This document shows, piece by piece, positions 39,036 through 52,107 of a stretch of DNA of 64,000 nucleotides (within the stretch, counting starts at the first letter, position 1; every line of letters starts with the position of its first letter). This stretch comes from Utricularia gibba (taxonomy: Eukaryota; Plantae; Magnoliophyta). The stretch spans positions 6,448,001-6,512,000 of the forward strand of contig NEEC01000002.1 of assembly GCA_002189035.1 (NCBI GenBank). The letters run 5' to 3'. Made by a program: the position numbers and the translations under genes. Under the pieces are notes generated by a model, which saw only the letters and a program-made list of their open reading frames with translations, was not told where the DNA came from and did no database searches.

Positions 39036-41845
39036 ATGCCGAGGGAGATTATCACTTTGCAAGTGGGGCAATGCGGGAATCAGATAGGAATGGAGTTCTG
39101 GAAGCAGCTTTGCCTCGAGCACGGCATAAGTAAAGAAGGCATTCTTGAGGAATTCGCAACTCAGGTTTCGTTAAATCTCACCTTTTTTTGTGATGCCCGT
39201 GCTCCTATTGCTTGTTCTGTACATTATTATGTTTTTTTACCGATTAGCTAGGGATCAATGAGTAATGCAAATTTGGGTGAAATTCCCTCCTTTTTGGTTT
39301 TTCGATTATGAAAAAGTAGCTTGTTAGTAACAGTTTTGACTGTTATGTGTTTTGTAGAAAGAAGTAGTTTGTGTTCATGCTTGCTTAGACGAGAATTGAG
39401 ATGGCAGGTTATTTCATAGCATACAATCAAATCTCCGTTACAGGGAGGTGACAGGAAGGACGTGTTTTTCTATCAAGCAGATGATCAGCATTATGTTCCC
39501 CGAGCATTGCTTATGGATTTGGAGCCCAGAGTGATCAACGCCATACAGAACAGTGAATACCGGAATCTTTATAATCACGAGAATGTATTTATCGCAGATC
39601 ATGGTGGAGGTGCTGGAAATAATTGGGCAAGTGGCTATCATCAGGTGTGAAATGCTTCATTTTTAGTTCTTGAGCCTTCTTCTTTAAGTATTCCTATTTT
39701 TTTACGGAGAGACATCAATGATTTCCCAGGGCAAGCAATATGAAGAGGATCTAATGGATATGATAGATAGAGAAGCAGATGGAAGTGATAGCCTTGAAGG
39801 TTTTGTTCTATGTCACTCGATTGCTGGAGGGACTGGATCAGGTGAGAGTGTTTGGCATTCTCTACCTCCTGGGAATTCTAAATGATTTCTAACGTGCCAG
39901 ATACTATCACCACTAGCATTTTCAATTTTCTCTGAAGTGATGACTATTGCATCTTCACAGAAGTATTTTTGCATTTTCCAGAGCAATGTACGCTTTTTTT
40001 ATAACAATTTCGTTTCATTCAGGTATGGGTTCTTACCTCTTGGAGACACTGAATGATCGGTATAGCAAAAAGCTTGTCCAGACCTATAGTGTCTTTCCTA
40101 ATCAAAATGAGACAAGCGATGTGGTTGTTCAGCCTTATAATTCCCTCTTAACCCTCAAGCGGTTGACTCTGAATGCTGATTGTGTGGTTGTCCTTGATAA
40201 TACTGCGCTCAACAGAATTGCTGTAGAGAGACTACACATTACAACTCCTACATTTGCCCAAACAAACTCATTAGTTTCCACAGTCATGTCTGCAAGCACC
40301 ACTACATTGCGGTATCCAGGATACATGAACAATGATTTAGTTGGTCTCCTTGCTTCTTTAATTCCCACTCCACGTTGTCACTTCCTAATGACAGGATATA
40401 CACCACTTACAGTGGAACGCCAGGTTATTCATTTTCAATGTTCATTTTCTGCAAATGCGCGTACATTTAATTTAATGCTTGTGTTACATAGCAGATGACT
40501 CTAATGCCTCTATTCTTGAAGTAGATTCCCACTCTAATACAAATTCATCCTTCTTGTCAGGCCAACATAGTTCGAAAAACTACGGTACTAGATGTGATGA
40601 GAAGGCTTCTGCAGGCAAGAAAATGCCCTTCCACTAAATTTTGACATTTCCAATAGTGTTCTCATATCTTTTGTTTACAGACAAAAAATATGATGGTTTC
40701 AGCCTGTGCCAGAACCAAAGAAGCTAGCCAGGCAAAATTCATATCAATTTTAAACATTATTCAGGGTGAAGTGGATCCCACTCAGGTACTTATTGAAAAT
40801 AGTGTGCTCAAATTGTTCTCAGAGTGAACCTTGATCTCTTAAACGTCTAGAATATGAAATTTTCTCTTCTGTTAATATTTCAGATTGTGCTCCATTTAAT
40901 GTTCAAACAGCCTACCCTTGTAGAACTGGATGTGAAATGATTCAACGTCGGTTTCTTTCGACTCTTTAACAGCTTGATGTTATCTGGTTCTTTTTCTCTC
41001 CACAGGTTCATGAAAGCTTACAGAGAATACGCGAGAGGAAACTTGTTAATTTTATTGAATGGGGTCCTGCAAGCATCCAGGCATGTCACATATTATATTG
41101 ACCTTTTTTGTGAATGATCATATACCTGTATCTCCACATCATGTTCTGAAACTATCTTTTTACTTTGAAAGGTTGCTTTGTCAAGGAAGTCTCCATACGT
41201 CCAGACTGCCCATAGAGTGAGACTTTTGATGCTTCATAATTAAACTTTAATTTCGGTTTTTTTTGTATTTTTTCATTGAAGTCATCAATAATGGGAACGA
41301 TAAGAGTAGCATTATTTTCTGATGTCCTGCACTGATTAGGTAAGTGGTCTCATGCTGGCTAGCCATACTGGTATTCGACATCTATTCTCCAAGTGCTTGA
41401 GCCAATATGATAAGCTGAGAAAGAGACAAGCATTTCTCGACAACTACAGGAATCACCCCATGTTTGCTGTAAGTGACTCTGGGCTTCATGGTTCTTAAAA
41501 AGAATTCTCCTTTTTTGGGTGTTATGCCAGTTGACACCTGTGACCTATGTGATTTTACTTCGGTGGCTCTGTTATATTATATCATTCTCATGTAACACGT
41601 CCAGGATAATGATCTTTCCGAGTTTGACGAATCCAGAGACATAATTGAGAGTCTTGTTGATGAATACAAGGCTTGTGAGTCCCCAGATTACATAAAATGG
41701 GGAATGGAGGTAAAACCGCTCAGCCTTCCATTTTTCATTAAAAAATCACCCATGGTTATTACTCAATGAACAACTGGCGCTGCCCACAGGACCCTGATCA
41801 GCTTCTCTCCGCGAAGGGAATGCCTCTGGAACAGTTGAACCTTAG
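39036..41845 (+). CDS. TUBG: Gamma-tubulin; stop at 41845 if one G is restored at 41811, or at 41927 as written
   Basis: [50 protein letters not shown] and [14 protein letters not shown]; all exons traceable. Confidence 0.97.
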
Positions 41846-41994
41846 CTCTACATTTATGGTTTTCCGAGAATTTCTTGCTCTCAGCTCGTGCGTGGCTTGT
41901 TCTGAGGTTGTGACAGTTGAGCCTTAGCTCTACATTTATGGTTTTCTGAGAATCTCTTGCTCTCAGCTTGTGCGTGGCTTGTTCTGAGATTGTG
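41831..41994. repeat. 82-bp direct tandem duplication (2 copies, 5 mismatches) spanning the TUBG stop
   Basis: Copy 1 is 41831-41912 and copy 2 is 41913-41994; both begin acagttga.ccttagctctacatttatgg. Confidence 0.95.
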
Positions 41995-42270
41995 AACTGT
42001 GATGTAGCTTCTTCTTCATTTTCAGTTGTAATGAAGCACTTCATGTCTAGGTAACTTATTCCACATATACATGATCGCCTTTTACTTTTTAAGGTTCTTC
42101 TTTTTCCCCCTTAGGCAAATATACATTCACAAACATTAGTATGCCATACACACTGTGTACAACTCCATGCAAGCGACCACTCTATTCTACCACCAGAATC
42201 TGTATATGAATGAATATCCTTGCAGAGGTCACCTGTAACAGATCTGCTACCGCTGCAATGGGCAGGGACA

Positions 42271-45200
42271 TCACCAAAACTTGTGATGGTAAGAAAAGAG
42301 GCTCCTCTGAGTATCAGTTGGGTTCCTGAGCCACGTACAGTACAAAGCAGCAGCACCAACGACGGAAAGAAGTGATAGCATTGCCAGGAAACCGAAATGA
42401 GAAACATCATTGGCAACCATGGCAACTCCGAGCATTATCGACTCGGCTAAGCTCGCCACCGAAACCTCCGTTGCTCCGATGAGATTTGCTTTCGATTCAG
42501 GGATCCCAGTTTGCAGAATCTGTGCGCTCACAACATCATATGACATGTGCCCCAACCTCGATAGAACCTGCTCAAAATCCGTACAATATGTCAGCCGGAA
42601 ACCAGAGTGTATGATGTGATGGAGAAGGCCATAATGTTCTAAGTAAAGAGGTTTTAGAGAAAGGGGACTCACAATCAAGCAAAGGAAGAACATCAGTGGA
42701 GTCTTCTGGGAAACAGAACCAGTCAAGTAGACAACAACTGCTAGAGCTAGTAATGAAGCTTGGAAGATCAGACCAGCTGCCCCGGCCTGGTATATGAATC
42801 CAAATATCATGACAGTCGAGGAAGGAAAGGACATAAAATCGATTAAAAGGATAATGCATGTAAAGACCTCTAGAACCCCAAGTTGCTTGACCATTTTTGC
42901 AGACAGAAAGGTTGCTGCCACACCCATGAAAGCACATAATCCACTGAAGCCCCCAATGATTGAAGGATTTAAACCTACAGAAGTTCCAATGAAGGTGAGT
43001 TTATTTCAGTGGTGATAAGTTCACTGATAAGAAATCAACTATGAGCTGACCTCGGTGTGTCAAGAAAGCCGTCATCAGTGCGCTTGGAGCAAGAATAACA
43101 TTGAAGAAGAGCAAAACATAAGCAAGACTGGCAGGAAGAACTGGTTGTTGGCTGTACTCAAGCCACCCATGCTTTATTGCCTCTACACTTCTAGACCCTG
43201 TAAGGAAAAAAACCCAGTATTTGTGTGAATTTCAATTTGAAACCATGCTGACATCTCACACAGAGCTGAAGGTTCAAAGCTTGGCATTAACACAAGGAGT
43301 AAGCATTAGCCACTAACCAAATGAGCAATCAAAAAAGGAACAATCAAAAACAGTTGTTAATTTGGTAGTTTACATATATTCTGTGTATCTTGTATAGGGA
43401 CTGCAGAAGAGCATCCAGAGCACATCTGTGTACATTTATTATATCCCAAAGCTCCGGAAGATAACGTATTGGTCAACCAGGAGAGGAGCACCTGGGACAC
43501 AACGAAACAATGTCAAACTCAAAGTAGCAGATTGAAAAATAAGAAAAATAAAAATAAGTCAGTACCACAACTGGAAGTGAAATTATCATCAAACTGGCTG
43601 CCAGTTTTAAGGACTTCACTGGTCCATATTTTGACAACAGTATGCCAAATAATGATGCTCCTCCAAACTGCGTATTAACAAAGTTAAAAGCATGAAAAAT
43701 GGACAATAGGAAACTAAGACAAAAAGTCCTGAAGTTAAAACTAAGGAACATGCCCGTAGAAGGGACTGAAGGTAGCACCTCACAAAGAAGCTCAATCCGA
43801 TGAAGTATTGCATTTGCTTGAGCTAGTGCTACTGGCCGATTTATTCCAGCCAACTACAATGAAAATAAAAAAAGCATGCGCTATTCACAAAAGATGAAAT
43901 ATGAAAAAATATTGGTTCACACAGTGCAAGAATGAACAAAAAAAAAAGGATGTACCAGAACAACCCAATCACGCTCAATGGCTACACCCTGAGCAAGGCC
44001 AGAGAGCCTTTCAATAGCCAGTGATAATACAAGCACAGCAAAGCTAGGTCCAAGAAGAAAAGACGATGAAGAAGCTGTGTAGGTTGTATGAGTACGGATT
44101 ATCATTCCAATCGATAACAATTGAGCTGCCATCTGGAATAAAAATATATTTAGAGCATATGCTAAGACATAATTATATTCACTGTATACCAAATATTCCT
44201 GAGATTTATACCTGGATAAAAGCCAAGGAATTAAATGCAATTAATCTGGGAAAATGGTCCATAAGCTTCCCTACTAGAGGACCTCCAGCAATCACTGCAA
44301 GCTGCTTATATGAGAAAAGTTCAAGAAGTCACTCCATTTACCCCCAAGAATTTGCGTCGCACTATCAAAAACAAACCTGAGCACAGAAGCCCAGAACAGC
44401 CACAGGAAGAAGACTAGGATGAATCAATGCAATAGCAGCAGGCCAAGCAAAGTTCCATAGCTCTTCAACCAGATTCCCAGCAAAACAGGTAGCATATAAA
44501 GCTGTTACAATGTTCGCATAGAAAAGTTTTTGTCAGCAACTAACCATTTGAATGTTGCAGTTGGTAGTAACTGAGTAAAAGCCAAAAAAAAGCAGCACAA
44601 AACTCTACTCATCAAAACCTTTTAACTAGACAAAGCTACATAGACATATTTTGTATGTGTATGTATGTATCTACATGAAAAAGTGAGATTTTGACAGGAA
44701 AAATCTCGGTAGAAGCTCACCAAATAGAGCATCCGGATGAGCAGGAGTAGCTGCAATTGCATTTTGCTCCTCCTCCGACAACACCTATATTAAAAATTGA
44801 AAAAAAAATCATTTTGTGCAAAAATAGAAGATCTTCTAAACGCAAGATAGCAAAAAAACAAACTTACCGGGAGTACGGTCAAAATCATGTCTACATAACT
44901 GGTGCCAACAAGTAAATTAAGATTCTCTGAGTCCACAGAATCAGGTGTGGTGTGAGCAGTTTGGACTGAGAATTCTGTTTCCGTAGAGACTGCATCGGCA
45001 GGGAATGTTGCAACAGAGTCGCATACATCGGTGTTTGTCAATGAGCATCTCAAAGAAGAACTTCTAAACCTACATATCAACAAACGACACGATCAATGTG
45101 AATGAATAACCAACCCATATTCTCGGTAAAACAATGCACATGATTCGAGAACCAAATGCACTTTTACAATTCACTTGCAAAATCCCTACAACGATTTTCC

Positions 45201-45402
45201 CCTTGAATGCTAAAATCCCTCAAACTCAAAATTAAGGGAGTTGCAGCTAAAGAACAAACCTAAGAGAATCAAGATGTGCAGTCAACCATCGTCTAGAGCG
45301 TAGCCCAATACAAGATGATGGTAACTTATCACGAGTTTCGAGCTGCAGACGCGTGACCAGAAAACCAGAAGAGGGCAGGCCAACAGCAACGCCAACAGCC
45401 AT
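42271..45402 (-). CDS. IREG3: Ferroportin family SLC40A3 / IREG3 (MAR1), plastid-type
   Basis: [54 protein letters not shown] and [17 protein letters not shown], plus a transit-like N-terminus; downstream exons in frame. Confidence 0.92.
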
Positions 45403-46182
45403 GGCACCAGTTCTCCTCCACAACTTCGCCCAAACCTCAAATTCAATTCTTTTTGGGCACCCACTATGCCTATCGATAATATTCGTCGTCCTTCACCCTC
45501 CCAAATGCTATTCATGCAGCTTATTGATCAGAATCAACAAAACTGGAAACCCACTTCACCAGCCAAACCACTGTCAGTGCCGATAGCTTTCCAACTCCAA
45601 TGCGACTTCAAATACACCAGAAAAACAGAGTCGTTATTTGACTCGTAAATAGCAATGAAGATAGAAATGGCGTGGTGGGCGATGAGGTGGGGAGTTCCCT
45701 TCACTCTACTTTTCTCAGGCTAAAAATCAGAGTGACGTGGGAAGATATTGGATTGAGGCTACAAATTAGCCCAAGTTTTCCACACTCCGAAAAAAATCAA
45801 GTCTTTCATAGCAAATTGAGTTCTTTGCAAATTGTGGGCAGCCAAAAATTGTAACCCACAGCAACCACAGAAACCAACAACGGAATATTCTGAAATCTCC
45901 ATTTGCTATAAATTCACCTTCAAGCTTACCACTTTCAAATTATTAGAATTAATTTCATCGTAATTAATTTCAGTAACTGTCAATGGGGCCTCAGTGAAAT
46001 GGAGACTGCAACACTTCTTACTCCCATTCGTGAAGAAGACAACGTGGCCATGCATCTGCCACAAGTAAACTCAAACTCATCTCACCACAGGACAAGACAT
46101 CGCACAAATGGGTATGCACATCTTTATTAAAGAAGAAAAGAATCATATGTTTGGGATGCTGTTGCTGACTCCCTGGTTGGAG

Positions 46183-48985
46183 CTACGAGAGGTTGCACTC
46201 CCGCAAGTATTTCTGCTCCTGATGAACATATTTCATCCAGTACCCTTTGAACTTGGGGATGCCGATCTCGAGCCATGGTTTCAAGTTGCCATTGTAATGG
46301 ATAACTGCAGCTCCATCAATGTCCTTTTGGGGACATTTTGATTGTAGCCGAGACCCAAGACATGCCATGATTTCTCAAGCGGATACGTCCGATTCCAAAA
46401 GGTTATCAGGCCTGGAGGCAGGGTTCCCAGTTTCCACAGAAGCCTATCCTGATTCTGATTACCATACAACGAAAAAAACACCTTTACATTTGAAGAGAGA
46501 AAAGAGAAGAGGAAAGAATTCACACTTTTCAGTATGGATAATGAGAAACTGACCAGATTCTGCCATCTGTGGTAGATATCTGTGATGTTCTGCAGTCGCC
46601 ACTGTTTCAAATCGAAGATATTCATTCCAAAAGCCCATCCACAAGCGTGAGGGTCGAACGATGCTGAGATGAGGGGGTTGGAGAAATTGAGATAACGGTC
46701 GAACCTGTGAAAGCTTTCCCCACATGTTTCAACCACTCCAATAACCTTTTGCTTCAGATCAATTGACCAGAGGGGGGTTAGATCCTTCTGGACTACTATA
46801 TCATCATCCAAGAACAATATCTTATCCAGGCGTGGAAAAATCTCTGGGAGGTAAAACCGAAGATGGTTCATGATGGAAAGGTACTTGGGATTTCTATATT
46901 TCACATTGGGATCTAACTGGGCGTGTTGGCTCTTGTAGTAGAAATCAATCATTGTAGGATTTCCCAGCTGCTTCAGAACAGGGCTGTAGCTTGCATTTAA
47001 CCATGTAAATGTTTCCACATTCTCAACATTTATTGTTGCTTCGCCAGGAGGATTGGATAGGAACCACATTCGCATAGGAGCATAATTTAGGCCATCAGTT
47101 ACGACATGGAAGACATGCTTTGAAGGATCCTGTTCAAGGACGACAACAAGAAGCTGAATAATGACTTAAGATCTAGGAAGAAGCATTGCACGGATGCTCA
47201 TATCAAAAGTAGACTGAAAACTAAAGGACGATTAAGGTAAACGAACCTTTGCATGAGTTAAGGTCGAGTTCACAACTACTGACGCAGCCAATATGTTGTC
47301 AGAAAATAATGCATAGTGGAAAAGCTTAGGATCCACCAATTTTTCTTTATTCGGGAAATTCTGTTGCGATGAGTTCAACATGAAATACTCTGTTGAGAGC
47401 CGTAAAGCAAAGCAGTGGAGCCCCTTAGGAATAGTCTTGGCAGCCATGTTTGTTAAATAGACTGTCTGTTTAGTGCTCTCTTGAAGCTGCTCATCAGTCG
47501 AAAGAAGCATTGTACGGAGCTTCTTTACTACAGAAGCACACTCATCGTGTATCTGTTTCCCCTTGAGAAGGGTTCCCTCCAATGCTTTCGCCTTTTCTGG
47601 TGCGCTAAATTTCAAAAAAAAAAATCATTGGAAAAATGAATAAGGACATCAACTTAACCTCACCTCGATTTTGAGATTCTCGAGCTATTCAATGTGATGT
47701 TTGCATGACAATAGCACTTACTTCATCTTCAGCTCTGAATCACTGAGAGCACTTCCAAGTGCCTCTGTAGCTTCCTTCATACGTAGTCGAAGGTCTTTTA
47801 CAAAGTGAGGATCACTCTGAGTTGCAAGGAGAGAGAGATACAACTTTCCCTGAATCAGCAGATCCTTGATCTGTCGAACGTGAGCATTCGGAATGACATT
47901 TCGCTCACCCTGTTTCTTTGCTTTGTCCACAGACATGCCTTTGATAGACGACTGAGGAAATTGCTTTATTTCCTAGAAAGAACATTAAAAAAATGTCAAA
48001 ATGAAGTTTGAATTAAACTGAAAAACCAAAAGCGAACAAAGATCTGGTACCCATCTCATGAACAAAAAAAAACAAAAATTAATAGAGTGAATGGTTTACT
48101 AACAAAGGCATCGTCTCTTATCACATTATGAGTTTGGATTCATCATAGTATCAAATACATTGTGTTTCTGACAATGTAAAAGCAAAATGCTCCATCAAAA
48201 GGGGAACTAACGGAACAAACCATACTTAGCACTCACCATTTTCTCCTTTTCATTTCTTTGCATGCCCAGAAGAGGCTGCTTCGTACTATTTTTCCTGCTA
48301 CCAATGCTTACACTCCTCTTAACTTTTGGTTCTATCCGCTCTTCCTTCCCTTCTTCAATATCATTTTTTTGCATCGTATCTACCATCTGCCTTATGGGAT
48401 TCTCATCCATAAACACATTGCTGCCCTTACTACTTTTCAAAGTGGATGTATTTTTTATTCTGTTTTCTGTAATCCAGAAAAATAATTCATAAGAATAAGA
48501 TTAACTCCAAGCAGAGATGGATAAAACTGAGTCCAAGAAGGAAATGAAACAAATCCGCAACCTTCAGTAAGCTGTCTAGAAATTCCACTAGTCTCACCAT
48601 ATAAACTATCTGCACTACTTGAATCCGAAACAATAAATTTAATTGAATGTATTGCATCCCGCGGTACAGTGAAGTTTGTAGACGACTCCTGTTGACAAAG
48701 AAAATCTCAATAACAACATAAGGAGGATAAGTGATCTCGAATATACGACTTACAAAGGCTGATGCATTTTCCAAAAGATCATCTCTAGCTACAAAACCAG
48801 GAAAGACTTGTTATGGACGGCATAAAACTCATAGCATTATGGAATAGCATAATCAAAAGAAGCATGAAAGACAATAAATAAGGCAACTTACCAGATGATG
48901 AAAAAAAGTATACGCCAAGAATGTTGGAAAAGATAACTAAAACCGTCACCAGAAGCAAGAACATCAACAAATGTCTACTCTTCAT
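46183..48985 (-). CDS. GAUT4: Galacturonosyltransferase, GT8 (GAUT4-like); apparent frameshift at 46329-46332
   Basis: N-terminal TM anchor; KGLHCFALRL, HYALFSDNILAASVVVNST, KYRNPKYLSIMNHLRFYLPE, FLDDDIVVQKDL and AAVIHYNGNLKPW. Confidence 0.88.
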
Positions 48986-50289
48986 CTTCTATTTCCTCTT
49001 TTAGCCACTCCCAGTGAAGATCATTACATCCCACTTTGAAATAGGCATGTTTCCACAAAAATATATACACATATACATGAATTCCCAGGACCCTGGTAAC
49101 AAAATCAAGAAAGAACGCATTCATGACCCGGAGACAAAAAGGGAAAAGAAACGAGAAAAATCCCAATTCAAAAAAGCAAACCAAATAGTTAAACGAGCGC
49201 GGCGATGGAACGCTGTGAATAGAAATTTCCGTAAATCCTCATCCCAAAGAATAAACGGATCCCAAGCAAGGCATCAGCGAACAAAGGAAGCGCCACGAAC
49301 AAATGGGTCACTTTAACTGTGCGCCATCATTCATCATAGAGAAAAATAGAATGCATCCCAGGAATTAAGCAGTAAAAGAGAAACAATTGAAGATCTCCCA
49401 GTAATGGAACAATTCCGGTTGTTCGGGACCCAACAGATCGATGAAACTAAAACATTTCTTCATTGACGGCGGGCTATCGTGATCCCGGACGTACGATCGA
49501 TCCACGAACAGAACAACCACAATCGGAGAACAACCCTATGACAGTTAAGCCATGTGACTGGGAACAACAGATTACACGGAACGGAGGATGTCTAGATATG
49601 GAAACCTTTTTAATTAGGATACTAACCACATGCTTAGTAATAACTGATCAACAAAAACATACTTAGTAATAAATGAATGTTTTGTACGTTCACATAAATG
49701 TTTAAACATTAATGTATTGATAACAATACACTTTTAATAGGCTACTTTAAGAATATACGAACGTTTTATAAAATTATTTTAAAATACTTCGAATTAGATA
49801 TTTCAAAATTCAATTTTCAAATAGATTTTACTAAACAATTTAATTTTATAAAATATTTATTTTAAATATATCTAAATAATATAATTTTAAATTTATTTAT
49901 TTATTTATTTAAAGATATATCAATCAAATTTTAATCTTAATTACATAATACATATCTTTTTAAATATAAAAAACTCAAATGCATTATTAATTATATTATA
50001 TTATAAACACATTATAAACAAAATGAGCTTTTATTTTCTTTGGGTTTAGGTCTAGAAGAAAGGCCCATACCCATAAGAAGAAAGCGGCCCAAAATATTAA
50101 AAACTTACGCCATGTCCAAATTCAAATAAAACTCTTCCACGTTCGCATCTCTCATTGGTCCAAGTGTAATCACTCGGATCTGTATTTCCTCGATCGGACA
50201 CCGTCGATCATTTTAATCCGACGCACCAGAAAATTTGAATCTCACGCCGTATACATTCTACCCCAGCTCACCGTTATTCTTTATAATCA

Positions 50290-50297
50290 GATCCGCG
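50290..50297 (+). promoter_or_regulatory. Plant histone octamer element (GATCCGCG, reverse of CGCGGATC)
   Basis: Exact motif about 75 bp upstream of the H2A ATG, with CCGTCG and ATTGG motifs nearby. Confidence 0.7.
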
Positions 50298-50370
50298 ACT
50301 AGCATTTCTATTATACCTCCATTTTGAAATCAAGCACTTGCTCAATTGTGATCTCTGAAACACGAGAGAA

Positions 50371-50917
50371 ATGGAAACCGGTGGGAAAATTCGAAAGGGT
50401 GCCGCCGGCAGAAAGGGTGGCGGTCCGAAGAAGAAGCCAGTTTCCCGGTCCGTGAAAGCTGGCCTTCAGTTCCCCGTCGGTAGAATTGGTCGGTATTTGA
50501 AGAAAGGCCGGTACTCCCAGCGCGTTGGAAGCGGCGCACCCATTTACATGGCCGCCGTCCTCGAGTACTTGGCTGCTGAGGTATTGCTTTCTTCCTCTGT
50601 TTCAGATCCTGTTGATTTTCGGATTGAATGCGCATGCTGGTGGATTCAGCAGTGGAACCATACCTTGATAGGTATTGGAGTTGGCCGGAAATGCAGCGAG
50701 AGATAACAAGAAGAATCGTATTATTCCGCGGCACGTGCTGCTGGCGGTGCGGAACGACGAGGAACTCGGGAAGCTCCTCGCTGGAGTTACAATCGCTCAC
50801 GGCGGCGTACTTCCGAACATCAATCCGGTTCTTCTGCCGAAGAAAACCGATAAGGCTGGCGGCGACGACAAGGCGTCGAAATCTCCGTCGAAGGCTACGA
50901 AATCTCCTAAAAAGTAG
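50371..50917 (+). CDS. H2A.W: Histone H2A.W variant (intron 50581-50671)
   Basis: [35 protein letters not shown] core and C-terminal [12 protein letters not shown]; the KSPKK motif is diagnostic of H2A.W. Confidence 0.95.
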
Positions 50918-51149
50918 CCCAATGTGAGGGGATTTCTGTGCGTGCGATCGCCTTTTGATCCAATCCTCCAAAACGACGTTGTTTCATTTTGGTCTAAATG
51001 CAAAGATCGGCGTTTTGTATTCAAATCGTGTCAATTTTAGGATTAAATTAGTGCTTTTAAATAAAATATCGTATTTTCGTAATAAAAAACAATAAAACAT
51101 CGTATTTCTAATTGAATTCACCTTCAATGCCCTGATTAAGTTGCAGTTT

Positions 51150-51687
51150 CTACGCGGCCAGCCCCATCGTAACCGCCATCGCCCAGACCATGACCCTACG
51201 CCGTCTCCCTGGCGACGACGATGCTGGCGGCGGTATCGCCGGACAGTTGAGACCGTTGCGTCCACCGCGACAGAGGCTGGAGAAAAGGCCATCAGGGAAT
51301 TGTCCGATCCGCCTGATGTAACTGAACATAATCTCGGCACAGTCATTGCTCAGATCGTTCAACTCCTTCGCGAAGGGGCACGCGAATGCGAGAAGCGATG
51401 AACAGCACGGCTCCGGCTCGTAATCAGGTCCCTTGCATGCGCTCACAATGATCGTGTAGTTCCGGTGCTCGAAATCCACGGGGCAAGCTACGGTTACAGA
51501 GCATGGTCAAGAAATTTCTGCTATGCGATCAACTAAAAAGAAGAAGAAGAAGACGAAGATTACGCTTCTGGGTCTGAAGGAGACGTCTGCGGGCGAAAAT
51601 CCCAGACAAGGTGTCAACATCTGCCGCGAACAATGAATGAAACTGGAGAAAGAACAGAAGGCATTCGATCTGAAACGAAGCCATCAT
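51150..51687 (-). CDS. LLG: LORELEI-like GPI-anchored protein (2 exons)
   Basis: Signal peptide MMASFQIECLLFFL.., RRLLQTQK|PCPVDFEHRNYTIIVSACKGP..CC..FACPF..NDCAEIMFSYI..GLF..C..GLNCP and a hydrophobic C-tail. Confidence 0.9.
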
Positions 51688-51870
51688 TATCCTCCTCGTG
51701 CTGCGAGAATTTCGCGTTGAAATTGAGAAACTATTGAACTAGAAATGGGATGAAGAAAGAGCAGAAACTCTCTGCATTCGTTTCCATGAAAAAGATGTGA
51801 AAACGTATCAGATTTAATCCAAAGGGAAACCATGAAATTCATCTGGAATTACTGCAAGGATTTACTGCAT

Positions 51871-51922
51871 ATCCCACATCGGTTGATGGAAGTTCCGTAT
51901 TGGGCCAGTGTGGCTATTTTAA
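51871..51922 (+). promoter_or_regulatory. snRNA promoter: USE plus TATA at Pol II spacing
   Basis: ATCCCACATCG (51871-51881) matches RTCCCACATCG; TATTTTAA begins 33 bp later at 51915. Confidence 0.88.
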
Positions 51923-51945
51923 CAGACCTGACTCTACAGTACTCC

Positions 51946-52107
51946 TCACTTACCTGGGCGGGGTCGATGGGCGATCAAGCAGGCCCATGTCCTAGACGGG
52001 TGGCCTCCATTGCACACAGGAGGGGCGTCCATCTAAGGTCGGCCCAAGTGGTCTAACCTACGTCATAATTTGTAGAGAGGGGGCATAGCGTCCGCGCTGC
52101 CCCTGCC
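51946..52107 (+). ncRNA. U1: U1 snRNA (divergent variant)
   Basis: ACTTACCTG 5' splice-site-pairing sequence, SL1 loop GATCAAGCAG, SL2 loop ATTGCAC, Sm site AATTTGTAG and SL4 GGGGC..GCCCC; length about 162 nt. Confidence 0.93.
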
